A DNA stretch of 64,000 nucleotides, from NCBI RefSeq assembly GCF_009914755.1, contig NC_060936.1; one strand, 5' to 3'. Below the pieces are notes generated by a model that saw nothing but the letters and a program-made list of their open reading frames with translations, was not told the DNA's origin and ran no database searches. The position numbers and the translations under genes are program-made. Numbering within the stretch: position 1 is the stretch's first letter; every line of letters starts with the position of its first letter. Positions 41,650-56,430 of the stretch are shown here, in pieces. The DNA is from the human T2T-CHM13v2.0 reference genome, Homo sapiens.

Positions 41650-42700
41650 GAGAAAACATCAAATTGGTGATTTCCTTTAAGAATCATAATTTTTGTAGCT
41701 CAAAATTGGAAAAAATGGAATCACTAAATGAGAGGAAGGTTATAGTTGGAAGAGAAAGCGCTGGAGAACAGAACTTTGGGAGTGCCTGCAATGAGTAGGT
41801 AGAAACTGAGAAAATGTGATGAAAGAGCTTGTGGTGAAAGAGAACCTGGGCAGTATAGCTTCTTGGAAAATGTAGTGAGGAAAGTGTTTTAAGAGTAAGA
41901 CAAGGCCAAATGACGTAATACCACAGAGCAGTTGAGAAAGAAAACGACGAAGGAAAAGCCATTGAAGCTGGTTATTAGGAAGTTACTGGTGACTTTTCAG
42001 AGAGGTGTCTTAATAGAGAGCTCTGGATAGAATACAGATTGTAGTTTATTGAGATACAGCCTGAAAATGAAATAGATACAGTCATTATAGACTTCTCCAC
42101 CTTGTTTAGTGGTAAAGAATAGGAGAGCAACAGATGCATGTTAAGGACAAAAATAGACCTCAAGGTTTTGTTTTTGTTTTTGTTTTTGAAATAGGCAATG
42201 GTATTTATAGACTAAAAGGAAAGAAACATTTTTATGGAGAGATTAAAGATTTTGATGAAATAATGTCTTAGATATTTTTACAGTGAAAGGAAGGAAACTT
42301 TCAGATGGAGAGATTAAAGACTTTGATAAAATATTGTTTTGGAGAAGTCAGGAAACCATAGGGTAAAGTACTAAGTAGTATGAATTAATCTTAATGGAAA
42401 GAGACACTTTATTTTCTAAGAAAGGAAGAAAGGAGAAAAGTATGTGTGAGCATACAAAGAAATTTAGGAGTGGGAGGAGGAAGGTTAAGGGAAATCATGT
42501 TTAGCCTTGATTTCTGTGAAGTAAGGTCATTTATTGAGACTAAAGATAGCATGAGTAAGCTGTTAGAGACTTAAAAAATGTAGGAAACATTCTCTAATTT
42601 TCTTTGGGAGTGTCTGATGATAAGTTAATCAGGGATGATTAAAACACAACTTAGCAGAATTAAGTGATGAGCTGAAATGCAGTGTCATCTGCAATTGGTT
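41650..42700 (-). mobile_element. L2 fragments
   Basis: Purine-rich antisense L2 text (GGAAGTTACTGGTGACTTTTCAGAGAG). Confidence 0.55.
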
Positions 42701-43684
42701 TCTATTATGGTATAATTATATATATTTTAGGCCAGGTCTCCCAGACAGCAAAACTCTGAGATAGAAATTTGTAAGCAGGAAGTTGACTGGAGAGTACTCT
42801 CAGGATTAACACCTGCGGTGGAAGAGAAGGAAGAAGGATTGTGCAAAAAAGAGTGATTAGGTTGTGATGCATTCTCAACACAGGCCAATGGTCGGGGTGG
42901 GTGTCTTGCAGATATCTTGTGTTGAGGTGAGTGGGCCAGTCTGTTATAAAGCCATGTTGATCTATCATTGATGCAGGCAGCCCTTAGTAAGGAAGTGTGA
43001 CTTGGGCAAGGAGCTTCTTCTTAGCTGAGGGCTGCTAGCTGGCAACACTTCTGCAGCGGGGAAAATAAATCTCAGCATCAGAGGGACTGGGTTCCACATC
43101 ACAGCATCCACTTTGGACCACTCCTTCTGCCACTCAAAGCTAGTTTTTGTTTTTTGTTTTTTGTTTTTTTTTTTCATATAACTTCTGGGAGCAGGTCCTC
43201 TATGACTGTGCTGGGCTCCTTTCCATGGGAGAAGCTTACAAGAGGAAAGTTAGTGGGATGAACTGCTGTCTCTTTCACTGGGCTGGGTTTGAGTGGCAAT
43301 TGATTTTAATCAACTCCTTTCTCTGTTATCCATGATAGATTTCCCTTGTCTTCAGCTTGCATCTCTTTTGGTTTTGGTGGCTTATCTTTTAGGGTACTTA
43401 GGTCCTCATCTCTGAGATATCTGAGCTCCCGGTTACCATGCCCCTTTCAGGCAATAGCTGCTGGACTCATCAATTTACCTTCAAATCTGGACAAAGCACA
43501 CATTCAGAGATGCCCAGATGGATTAGCTGGATGCCAAATATTATATTCCTTCCTGCCTCTTTCTGATAATCAGAGTCAATTATTCTTGATAGGATGATGA
43601 TTGTTCTTTTTGCGTACTGCTTCCTTGGCACAAGGACCCCAAAGTGCCTGATTATCAACCATAGATTGAAAATTACTGGGTCTC

Positions 43685-44129
<445 letters not shown>

Positions 44130-47100
44130 TCACTGAGTTCCTCCTTTAGGAGACAGAGTACCATATAAGGGTCACTGATTTGGAGTATACGTGGTGTCCT
44201 CACAGATGGTGCCCTATCCTTGCAAGGTATTGTCTCTGAACCGGAAGCTCAGCTGTGATGTTAACCGCCTCTTGGTTGCTCTGTTAGGCCAATAGCTTCT
44301 GGATGGTATGGTTGGTAGTAGTATGGGGGATTCCACTGCCACACTTTTGCTATGAAGTGGGTCTCTGAGTCTACTGTGAGTTATGTGTTGGTAGATCATA
44401 TACACTGAAAACCCTCATACAGTAGTACTAGCTCTTGCCCTGTAGGCATAGAAGTCAAACTCATACTCATATTATGTGGCTATTGTAGTCAAGATTAATC
44501 AATCACTGTCCCCTTCAAAGTGGAAAGGGTTCATTGTTTCTATTTGCTATCAAATGTCTGGTTAGTTTCTTTGAGAAATGGAGTTTAGTATTGGTGGAGG
44601 GTTGCACATTCTGTAGTGGCAGAACGTAGGTTACTCTTGGTGAGTGGGAGGCATCCTGTTGGGGCCTTCATAGTCTTCTTCTACTATTGCTACTACATTT
44701 ATACACCCATAATTCAATACTGGGCTGACCAGTGACAGACTCTGGCTGATACCAGCTGGTTGACTGATTCTGTTTGGTTGTTGAATTGTCTTTCCTGTGT
44801 TGAATGCTCTTTGGAGGGCATTAATAATGCAAATATATTTACACTTCATGCCCATTCCTCTAAGTATATCCACATACCTTTTCCTCTGGAGGTTCTCTGA
44901 TCCTTCAAATTTTTTGCAATCAGCTGTTTGCCAACTGACCAAGCCATATGCTGCTGCCCACTTCTCTTTTCCACACAACATATATGACAAGGCACACTGA
45001 CTGCAGCTTTGTCCATTAGTAGGATTTCCTTTCACTGGTGTCTTTTTAAGATCACCCTGTTATGCAGCTGCAGTCTGTTTTTTACTGTCTGTCACAGAGT
45101 GAGCTGGCTATCTGTGAACCAAGCTCAAGTTTGATTCCTTCATTAATCGTCATCCACTGGGTAAACTGAAACTCCAGTAAACAGTAGCAGATGATAAGGA
45201 GCATCTGGGGCACAAGTAATGTTCCACCAACCCTGCTTTCTCCCAATCCTGGATGGACCATTTCCATCTAACTCTGGGACAAGGCGGCAAATGTACACTG
45301 TTATCCATTCTAAGTGAAGTACAACGTCTGATTCTCCTTTCAAAAGAATAAGTTCATCATATCAAAGTCAGATATCACATCTGATATAGCATCTTCAAAG
45401 ACAGCCTTCAGGATCTCTCTAGGATTTGTACAAATTAAACTGGTAAATTAAATGAAGCCATATGGTGGGGAGTATTACCCCTGCAGGTCTTTAAAAATGC
45501 AGTAATCTCTGTCATTCTCTTAGGGATGTGATACTATTTTAATTGACCATCTTGGTCAGGGGTTGGGCGAGGCAGTTTCAGAGACTTTCACTTGACCTTC
45601 ACTTTCACTTGGCCTTCCTTTTCACTACGATAGTGCTTGCTCCATAGGCTGAGGAACAAACATTGGGATTCTGCAAACTACCAACTATATTTTAATATAT
45701 TTGAGGACCAGGGAAATGACCATTGTGCAGGTCCATGAACCCAGTGGACCCTTATGAACTGGAATGGGCCAACACTGTATTTATTACCTGGCCTCAGATA
45801 CCATCCTCTAACAGGGATCAATTAAAATGTTCTGATTCCCTGGGTACAGATGTTATCTCAGACTCTATCCTACAGCCCTCAAAATGTTTCACTATTTCCT
45901 TTTCCTCAACATATGATTGCCCAGATAAATGGTGGAAGCTCCTTTGCAGAAGGGCTAGGAGAACTGTTGCCATTTACAATTGTCATGTTGCAGGTTCCTT
46001 CCTCTTGGAGACCCAGCCTCTACTTCAGTGAATGGGTTTTGAGTCTGAAAACAGGACAAGGGATTGTGCCTTTTTATTCAGTTGGCTGCCCTCAGTGTCC
46101 TGATCCTTCATCTTATTTGTTTATATTTTTGGATTGTACAGATTGAACAATGTTCTTTTTGGCACCTTATCTACTTTGCTCCAAGGGATGCATGTTTTAT
46201 GAATGAACCACCTCCATAACTCTGTGTCCACCTAGCTTGTCACTAATTATTATAATTACCTAATTCACCTCTGGTGAATAAGCAGTGCCACCTGGCCTTT
46301 ATTATTTTGAGATTATATCATTCCCGTTACTAGCAATGAGCCCAGTTTTGTAACTTCTTCTTGTATCATCAGTCATGGCCTATGGATAAGTGCCACCACC
46401 GTGCTTCTCAGTGACACTGGTGCCCCTCTTACCAGTACATATTTTATTTCTTTGGTAAATGGAGTAATGTTTGGGTCTTTCCACAGACAATAGTTACTTG
46501 GTGGGTTTTCTGACTTTATCTCCTCTCGTATCCTCACTTCTCAGAGCCACATGCCCCTTCTGCTGTCTGACATGGGAGTTCTGACAAATCTACTTTACTA
46601 AGTGTGGATCATCACTTTCTATAAACTTCTGAGAGCTATACTTGCAGCATATTAATACCATGTCCAAGGGCACTGCCAGAATATTAACTTCTATATCCTA
46701 AACAAAGCATACCAATATTGATGATCTTTTCCATATGTTCTGGCCCCACCCCCATTGATTTTGTATTTATTCTCATTGCTACTGACAATACATGTAGGCT
46801 AGGTTCCACAGTTCCTTCGGGATATAGTCTCTTTTCTCCTTTAGCAAGTCTGGCTTTTCCCTGGATGAGAAATGTTGTGACTTAATCCTAGTTATTGACT
46901 TTATAGCCGGGGAAAGTGGAGAGATATCTTGGAGTAGGGGCATGTGTTTTCTTGCACAAGGGAGGCCTCCACATTGTCTTTGAGCAAGGCAGAAGTATTT
47001 GTCCTTGAAAGAGAAGAGTGCATGCCTCTCCAGTCTTGGAAACTCAGAGGAATCTGGAGATTTCAGATTTGTAATACATCAACCTTGATGACTCCAATTC

Positions 47101-47261
47101 TATATCTTAGATGCTCATTTTTTTTGCCATTCATGGTCTTGACCTTGACATAGCAGATTTACCTATGTTGAGAATTTAACTTTCTTTGGAATTTTGCTAA
47201 GTACTGGGCCTGTTTCTTAGCTTTCTCTGCCGTCCAGTTTCAGGAGATAAAATTCTCTTTA

Positions 47262-50200
47262 GTAAAGGAACCAAGATGGCTGACTAAACACAGCCAGGAA
47301 GAAGCTCTCCCATTAAGTGACTGGGACATCTCAGGAAGACTGGCACACTCCGAGCAGGTCCTCAGAGGGAAGGCATTGAGAAGAGATGGAGGGAGGATGC
47401 AGATGCTGGGCTGAAGGAGGAGGAGCTGGGAATCCTGCACAAGGCTACTGAGCACTGGGACTTGTTCCTGACCCCCAGCAACTCCTGGGGAAGGAATGAG
47501 TTGAACAGGCGAGGAGCAACCCACTCTTGCCATGGACCTCCAGAATCCTGGCAGCAGGAGATCCCATGACTCCTGTGGACACTTGAGCTGGCAGAGAGAG
47601 CTGCTTAGAGAGGTGGTAGGGGCAGAACTCTAGCCAGTAAGAAGCCCAGACAGTTGCCACTCATAGGGCAAAGTGGGAATGTCTGCAATAGAGTGAGGCC
47701 AGGGATGCCCATCATCCAAGGCTCACCATGCTCCTCTAGGACACTTTAGCCTAGGATGACTGTCAGACCTGGACAGAGTAGGGTAGACTGGCTCATGAGA
47801 TGGGGCCAGTCCAATCTGAGCACCTCACTGTCTGCTGACCTCTCCTGGGGCCCCAACCTGGCCATGCCCGCTTGCAGCGTGGCCTCAGATGCCCAGCGGG
47901 GTGCTTCTTGGGGACTCTTCTCATAGCTCCTTTGCCAGAAGACCTTGCCTGACCATTAGAGAGCTCCAGCATAGTGACACCTGCCGACATGCACCAGCCC
48001 ACCCACACCCTCCCCCGACTGCAGCTTCCCCTTGCTGCTTTGCCAACATGCGATTGCCCATGGTTACCACTTACTGCTTTGCTGGTGCATGGGCAGGCCT
48101 TGCCTCTCCTCCCTGGCTGGTGTATGTGCACACCCCATCACATCACTGCTGCTGGTGGTGGTACATCACACCAGCCACCCTACCCACTGATGTGCAGGCA
48201 CGTGGTTATGCTGCTACCACAAGCGCAAATGTGTGCACTGATGCTGGCAACCCTGCACCCCCACGCACCACCACTGCCACTGGTGCAAATGTGTACATGG
48301 ATGTCAGCAGCTCTGCCCCCACCAGCACCCTGCCCTTGCTACAACTGTTGATGGTGCATGGGTGAATATAAATGCTGGGAACCCCATTAGCATGCTGCTC
48401 CCACCACATGCTATTGCTGCCAGCATGAATGCACATAGGCATGCCACAGCCCCACTCCTGCTGGTACCCTTCCCCAGCCAATGTGGATGCACCCCACTGC
48501 ACTGCTGTGGTTGCTAGCCGGTACAAGTGAGCACAGATCCTGCTGCCACCACCCTGATGAAGCGCTTTAGCCAGCACCCTTCATTGGAGTGTTGTGGCCA
48601 GGGGACCATGAACACTTCATCCCCTGCCCCCTGGTGCAGCAGTTTCCTAAACTTGGGGGGCCAGAGAACAAAGCTGGGGGCCTGGTGTCACCCTCCCAGG
48701 GATAGAGCACACAGCCCAGGAATGGTGAGCTGAGCCTTAGGCCTCCTAAAATCTTCCAGAAATGAAGGCACCCTAATGAACCCATCTTATACCACAAACA
48801 AATAGCCAAGGATATAAAATAAGATAAAAGCAAAAAATCCCACCCAAAGGGCAATAACTTCAACTATTGAAGGAACACCAGCCCACAAATATGAGAAAGA
48901 ACCAGTTCAAGAACTCTGGCAACTCAGAAAGCCAGAGTGTCTTCTTACCTTCAAACAACCGCACTAGCTCCTCATCAATTGTTCTTAACCAGGCTGAAAT
49001 GACTGAAATGACAGAAATTGAATTCAGAATATGGAAAAGATAAAAGATCATTGAGCTTCAGAAGAAAGTTGAAAACCAATCCAAGGAATCTAAGAAATAC
49101 AACAAAATGATACAGAAGATGAAGGATGAAATGGTCATTTTAAGAAAGAACCAAACTGATCTGATAAAGCTGATAAACTCACTTCAAGAATTTCATAATA
49201 CAATTGCAAGTATTAAAAGCAGAATCTACTGAGGAAAGAATCTCAGAACTTGAAAACTACTTCTCTGAAATAACTCAAAGATAAAAAAGCAAAAAGAAGA
49301 ATAAGCAAAACTTCAGAGAAATATGGGATTATGTAAAGAGATCAAATCAACGACTCCTTAGTGTCCCTGAAAGACAGGAAGAGAGAGAAATTAACTTGGA
49401 AAATATATTTGATGATATTTTCTCTGAAAATTTCCCCAATCTTGCTAGAGAGACCAACATTTAAATTCATGAAATGCAGAGAACCCCGGCATGATACTAT
49501 ACAAGGTGATCATCCCCAAGACACATAATCATCAGATTCTCTAAGGTCTAAATGAAAGAAAAAAAAAATGTTACAGGCAGCTAGAGAAAAGCAGCAGGTC
49601 ACCTACAAAGGGAAACCCATCAGGCTAACAGTGAACTTTTCAGCAGAAACCCTACAAGCCAGAAGAGATTGGTGGCCTATATTTGGCATTCTTGAGAAAT
49701 TCCAACCAAGAATTTCATATGCAGCAAACTAAGCTTCATAAGCAAAGGAGAAATAAGATTCTTTTCAGACAAGCAAATGCTAAGAAAATTTGTTGCCACC
49801 AGACCTGTTTTGCAAGAGGCCCTCAGGGCAGTACTAAATAACAAAAAGACCATTACTGGCCACCATGGAAACACACTTAAGAACATAGAACATAAACACT
49901 AAAATAAATTAATAAATAAAACCAAACAACAACAACAACAAAAACACACAATCAAGTCTGTATTATAACCAGCTGACAACAAGATGACAGCATCAAATCT
50001 GTACATATCAATATTAATCTTGAATGTAAATGGGCTAAATGCCCCAATTAAAAGACACGGAGAGGAAAGTTTGATAAGGAAGCAAGAACCAATTTTGTGT
50101 TGTTTTCAAGAGACTCATCTAACATGCAATAACACCCAGAGCCTCAAAGTAAAGGAATGGAGAGTAATCTAAGCAAATAAAAAAACAGAAAAAAGCAGGG

Positions 50201-53200
50201 ATTGCTATTCTAATTTCAGACAAAACAGACATTTAAACAACAATCAAAAGAGACAAAAAAGGCATTACATAATGATAAAGGGTTTAGTTCAACAAGAAGA
50301 CCTAACTATTCAAAATACACATGCACCAAACACAGGAGCACCTAGATTAATAAAGCAAATCCTCAGAGACCTAGCTAAGTGTAAGAGACACAGATAACTA
50401 CACAATAATAGCGGGAGAATTTAACACCCCACTGACAGTATTAGACAGATCACTGAGGCAGAAAACCAAGATATTTGTAAACTGAACTTGATGCTTGACC
50501 AAATGGACCTAATAGACATCTACAGAACTCTCCACCCAAAACAATGGAATGTACATTCTTCTCATCTATCTGTACATGGTACTTACTCTACAACTGACCA
50601 CACAATCAGACATAAAGCAAGCCTCAGCAAATAGAAATCATACCAACCACACTCTCAGACCACAGTGCAATGAAAATAAAAATTAATACTAAGAAGATTG
50701 CTCAAAACCTTACAATTACATAGAAATTACACAACTTGTTCCTGAATAAGTTTTGGAAAAACAATGAAATTAAGGCAGAGATAAAGAAATTCTTTGAAAA
50801 TAATGAGAGCAAGATACAACATATCAGAATTTATGGGACTCAGCTAAAGCACTGTTGAAAGTTTATAACACGTAAACACTCCCGTCAAAAAGTTAGAAAG
50901 ATTTTATGTAAACAACCTAACATCACACCTAAAGGAATTAGAAAAACGAGAGCAAACCAACCCCAAAGCTAGCAGAAGACAGGAAATAACCAAAATCAGA
51001 ATTGAACTGAAGGAAATAGAGACACGAAAACTCAAAAAAAAAAAAAAAAAAAGATTTTAGATTGCTAGCTAGACTAAAAAGAAAAAGATCCCCCCCCCCC
51101 ACCAAATGCAATCAGAAATGACAAAGGGGACATTACCGTTGACCCCACAGAAGTACAAAAACCCTCAGAGACTATTATGAACACCTCTATGCACACAAAC
51201 TACAAAACCTCAAAGAAATGGATCAATTCTTGGAAAAGTACAATGTCCAATGATTGAACCAGGAAGAAACTGAATCTCTGAACAGATTAATACTGAGTTC
51301 CAAAATTGAATCAGTAATTAAAAGCCTACCATCCAAAAAAATTCCAGGCCCAGGCATATTCACAGCTGAATTCTACCAGACATGTAAAGAAGAGCTGGTA
51401 CCATTCCTACTGAAACTATTCTGAAAAATTGAGGAGGAGGGACTCATTCCTAACTCATTGTATGAAACCAGCATCATTCTGATACAAAAACCTGGCAGAG
51501 ACACAACCAAAAAACAAACAAACAAACAAACACACAATAAAAAAAAAAACTTCAGGCAAATATCCTTGATGAATATCAATGCAAAAGTTCTCAAGAAAAA
51601 TACTAGCAAACTGAATCCAGAAGCATATAAAAAACCTTATCCAGGAAAATCAAGTAGGCTTTATCCCTGGGTTGCAAGGTTGGTTCAACATGTAAATCAA
51701 TAAATGTCATTCATCACATAAACAGAACTAAAAATGAAAACAAATTATCATCTCAGTAGATGCAGAAAAGACTTGATAAAATTCAACACCTCTTCATGTT
51801 AAAAACTCTCAAACTAGGCATGGAAGGAGTATACCTCAAAATAAGAGCCATCCATCACAAACCCACAGCCAACATCATACTGGACAAACAAAAGCTGGAA
51901 ACACTCTCCTTAATCAGAACAAGAAAAGGATGTCCACTCTCACCATGCCTATTCAACATAGTACTGGAAGTCCTAGTCAGAGCAATCAGGCCAGAGAAAG
52001 AAATAAAAGGCATCCAAATAGGAAGAGAAAAATCAAACTATCTTTGTTTACAGATGATCTGATTCTACACCTAGAAAACCCTATAGTCTCTGCCCAAAAG
52101 CCCCTTGATCTGTTAAACAACTTCAGTAAAGTTTCAGGATGCAAAATCAATGTACGAAAATCAGCAGCATTCCCATACACCAACCACATCCAAGCTGAGA
52201 GCCAAATCAAGAATGCAACCCCATTCACAAAAGCCACAAAAAGAATAAAATACCTAGGAATACAGCTAACCAGAGAATGAAAGATCTCTGCAATGATAGT
52301 TACAAAACACTGCTGAAAGAAATCAGATGACACAAATGAAAAAACATTCCATGCTCATAGATAGGAAGAATCAATATTGTCAAAATAGCCACACTGCTCA
52401 AAGCAATCTAAAGATTCAGTGCTATTCCTATCAAACTACCAATGACATTCTTCACAGAATTAGAAAAAAACTATTTTAAAATTAATATGGAACCAAAAAA
52501 GAGCCTGAATAGCCAAAGCAATCCTAAGCAAAAAGAACAAAGCTGGAGACATCACACTACCCAACATGAAATGATACTACAAGGCTGCAGTAACCAAAAT
52601 AGCATGGTACTGGTACAAAAATAGACACACAGAACAATGGAATAGAATAGAAAGCCCAGAAATAGAGGTACACACCTTCAAACATCTGATCTTTGACAAA
52701 GTCTACAGAAACAAGCAATGGAGAAGGACTCTGTATTCAATAAATGGTACTGGGGAAACTGGCTAGCCATATGCAGAAGATTGAAACTGGACTCCTTTCT
52801 TGTATACCATATACAAAAATCGACTTGAGATTTGTTAAAGACTTAATGTAAAATCTAAAACTAAAAATCCTAGAAGAAAACTTAGGAAATACCATTCTGG
52901 ACACAGATCCTGGCAAAGATTTCATGATGAAGAGATGAAGATGGTAAAAATAATTACAACAAAAACAAAAATTGACAAGTGGGACCTAACAAACCAAAGT
53001 ACTTCTGCACAGCAAAACCAAAACAAAAACAAACAAAAGCTATCAACAGAATAAACAGACAACCTACGGAATGGGAGAAAATATTTGGAAACTACACATT
53101 CAACAAAGGTTAAAATCCAGAATCTATAAGAAACTTAAACAAATTTGCAAGCAAAAAACAACCCTGTTGAAAAGTAGACAAAGACATGAACAGACACTTT

Positions 53201-53949
53201 TCAAAAGAAGACATACATGCGGTCAACAAGCATGTGAAAAAACCCTCAACATCACTAATCATTAGAAAAATGCAAATCAAAACCACAATGAGATACTGTC
53301 ACATACCAGTGAGAATGGCTGTTATTAAAAAGTGAAAAAATAACAGATGCTGGTGAGGTTGTAGAGAAAAGGGAATGCTTATACACTGCTGGTGGGAAAG
53401 TAAATTATTAGTAGTTCACTTATTGTAGAAAGCAGTTAAGCCTTTCTCAAAGAGCTTAAAAGGGTATATACCCAGTAATGGATATAGTACACAGGCATAT
53501 ATACACATATGCACAATGGAATACTATACAGCCATAAAACAGAATGAGATCATGTCCTTTGTAGCAATATAGATGGATTTGGAGGCCATTATCCAAAGTG
53601 AACTAATGTGGGAACAGAAAAGGAAATACCACATGTTCTCAAGTATAAGTGGGAGCTGGAGGCCATTATCGTAAGTGAACTCACGCAGGAACAGAAAACC
53701 AAATACTACATGTTCTCATTTATAAGTGGGAGCTAAATATTGAGTACACATGGACACAGAGATGGGAACAACAGACACCAGGGCCTACCTGAGGGTGAAA
53801 AATGGGAGGAGGGTGATGATAGAAAAAAAAATTTACCTGTCAGGTACTGTGCTTATTACCTGGGTGATGAAATCTGTATACCAAATAATCTGTATACCAA
53901 ACCTCCTTGACAGCCAATTTACCTATATAACAAACTTGCACATGTACCC
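47262..53949 (+). mobile_element. Full-length L1PA15/16-like LINE-1, ORFs decayed
   Basis: 5' CCAAGATGGCTGACTA; ORF1 relic ~48.9-49.9 kb; ORF2 start MTASNLYISILILNVNGLNAPIKR at 49984; L1PA16-type 3'UTR; degenerate TSD ATAAAATTCTCTTTA / ATAAAGATTTTCTTTA. Confidence 0.92.
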
Positions 53950-54355
53950 ATAAAGATTTTCTTTATGTGCTGCCAAGGAGACTCTGGCTTTCACGCTTAG
54001 TTTATTTTTCCCACTAAACCACAAATTTGACAAAACTGAGGTATAATTCATATGTCACAAACCCACCCTTTATAGTATGCAATTCTGTGGTTTAGTATAT
54101 TCACAAAGTTGTATAACCATCATGACTATTTCCAAAATATTTTCATTACCCCAGAAAGAAATCCTGAGCCCATTAGCAATCAGTAATTCTCTCCTCCTCC
54201 CAGTCTCTGGAAACCACTAATCTAGTTTTGTCTCTATGTGTTTGCCTATTCTAGACATTCCATATACATGTATTCATAAAATACGTGGTCTTTTATGTTT
54301 GGCTTCTTTCACTGAGGATAATGATTTCAAGCTTCATCCATGAACCATGTATTAG

Positions 54356-54822
54356 TGTGTCCAGAGTTGGTTCCTTCTGGTGGGTTCTTGGTCTCGCTGA
54401 CTTCAAGAATGAAGCTGCAGACCTTTGCGGTGATTGTCACAGCTCTTAAAGGTGGCTTGAATCCAAAGAATGAGCAGCAGTAGGATTTATTGTGAAGAGC
54501 GAAAGAACAAAGCTTCCACAGTGTGGAAGGGGACCCAAGCAGGTTGCCGCTGCTGGCTGGGGTGGCCAGCTTTTATTCCTTTATTTGTCCCCACCCACGT
54601 CCTACTGATTGGTCCATTTTACAGAGAGCTGATTGGTCCATTTACAATCCTCTAGCTAGACGCAGAGTGCTGATTGGTGCGTTTTTACAGAGTGCTGATT
54701 GGTGCATTTACAATCCTTTAGCTAGACACAGAGTGCTGATAGGTGCATTTAAAATCCTCCAGCTAGACAGAAAAGTTCTCCAAGTCCGCACTCGACCCAG
54801 GAAGTCCAGCTGGCTTCTCTCA
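54356..54822 (-). mobile_element. ERV9-family solo LTR (short LTR12/LTR12F-like)
   Basis: TGTGTCCAGAGTTGG...CAGCTGGCTTCTCTCA termini; tandem CTGATTGG repeats. Confidence 0.9.
54571..54743 (-). promoter_or_regulatory. LTR12 U3 promoter: four CCAAT (NF-Y) boxes plus the AATAAAA TATA-equivalent
   Basis: ATTGG at 54608, 54632, 54673, 54698; degenerate ATAGG at 54739; TTTTATT at 54571-54577; activity not shown. Confidence 0.6.
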
Positions 54823-55956
54823 TTTGAATATACTTATTCTCTCAAATGAATATATTCTGTCAAATGAATATACTTATTCATTTTTTATGATTGAATAATA
54901 TTATACTTTATGGACATACCACATTTTATTCATCAGTTGATGGATGTTTGGGTTGTTTCCACTTTTTGGCTGTGATGGATAATGTTATGAACAGTGATGT
55001 GCAAGTTTTGTTTTTGTTTTTGTTTTGGTGAACGTGTTTTCAGTTCTCTTGGGCATATACATAGGAGCGGAATTGCTGGATCATATGGTAACTCCATGTT
55101 TGACTTTTTGTGGAACTGCTAGAATGTTTTCTAAAGTGATTGCATGACTTTATATTCCCAACAGTAATATAAGAGCATTCCAACCTTTCTACGTAATGGC
55201 CAACACTTGTTATAGTCTGTTTTCTGACCATAGCCATCCTAGTGGATGTGAAGTAGTATTACATCAGAGTTTCGATTTGCATTTCCCTAATGACTAATGA
55301 TGAGTAACATGTGCTTATTGTCTATTTATATATCTTCCTCAGAGAAATGTCTATTCAAGTCATTTGCTCATATTTTATTTGGGTTGTCGTTTTGTTGTTG
55401 AGTCGTAGACATTCTTTGGATATTAAACCTTTGGCAGATATTTCATTTGCAAATACTTTCTCTCATTCTGTGAATTGTCCTTTTGCTCTCTTGATAATGT
55501 GCTTTGATGCACAAATGTTTTTAATTTTAATCAAGTTTAATTTATCTATTTTTCTTTTGTTATGCTTTTGGGTCCATATTTAAGAAACCATTGCCAAATC
55601 CAAGGTTATGAATGTTTACCTCTATGTTTTCTTTTAAGGGTTTTAAAGTTTTAGCTCTTAAACTTAAGTATTTGATCCATTTTGAGTTAATTTTTGTATA
55701 TGGTGTAGGGGATCTACTTTATTCTTTTGCATGAGGCTTTCCAGTTGTTCCAACGCCACTTCTTGAGGACACAAATTTTGCCCCATTGAATGGACTTGGC
55801 ACCATTGCCAAAAATCAATAGGCTAGAAGTGGGTTTATTTCTGGACCCCATTGATCTGTATATCTGTCTTGTACTACATTGTCCTGATTACTTTATCTTT
55901 GTAGTAAGTTTTGAAATTAAGAAGTGTAAGTCCTCTTTGTTTCACATTTGGATTTT

Positions 55957-56131
55957 TTTCCCCCACCGATTTAAGAAAATAGTGCGGTAATACCAATTAA
56001 TGTGAGATCTGCTCTCTTAAATTTTTAAGTGTACAAAACAATATTGTTAATTTTAGGCACAATGTTGTAGATCTCTAGAGCTTATTCGTTTTGCATAACT
56101 GAAACTTTGTACCCATTGAATGTCAACTCTG
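55957..56131 (-). mobile_element. Short L1MA/MB 3' terminal fragment
   Basis: GTGAGATCTGCTCTCTTAAATTTTTAAGTGTACAA...GCATAACTGAAACTTTGTACCCATTGAA. Confidence 0.75.
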
Positions 56132-56145
56132 CACACTTACCTTTT

Positions 56146-56430
56146 TTTTTTTTTTGAAACAGAGTCTCAGTCTGTCACTCAGGCTGGAGTGCAGTGGTGC
56201 AATCATAGCTCACTGCAGCCTCAACGGGATCCTCCTGCCTTGGTCTCCTGAGTAGCCAGGACTATGCGCATGCACCACCATGCCCAGCTAAGTTTTATTT
56301 TTCAATTTTTTGTATAGATAGGGTCTCACTATGTTGCCCAGGCTGGTTGCAAACTCCTGTTCTCAAGCAATCCTCCCACCTTGGTCTTTCAAAGCATTGG
56401 GATTACAGATGTGATCTACTGCACCTGGCC
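56146..56430 (-). mobile_element. AluJ
   Basis: Antisense J-type dimer; ACACTTA(C/G)CTTTT flanks. Confidence 0.9.

Larger units (their letters stand above)
54006..55940 (-). mobile_element. L1MB-like 3' portion, interrupted by LTR12
   Basis: GAGGTATAATTCATATGTCACAA 3'UTR through the ORF2 C-terminus, antisense. Confidence 0.85.

Noticed and set aside
47793-48733. Cluster of overlapping 110-158 aa GC-rich ORFs
   Set aside because: They lie in the repetitive 5'UTR of the L1PA16-like element and show no recognisable protein motif.
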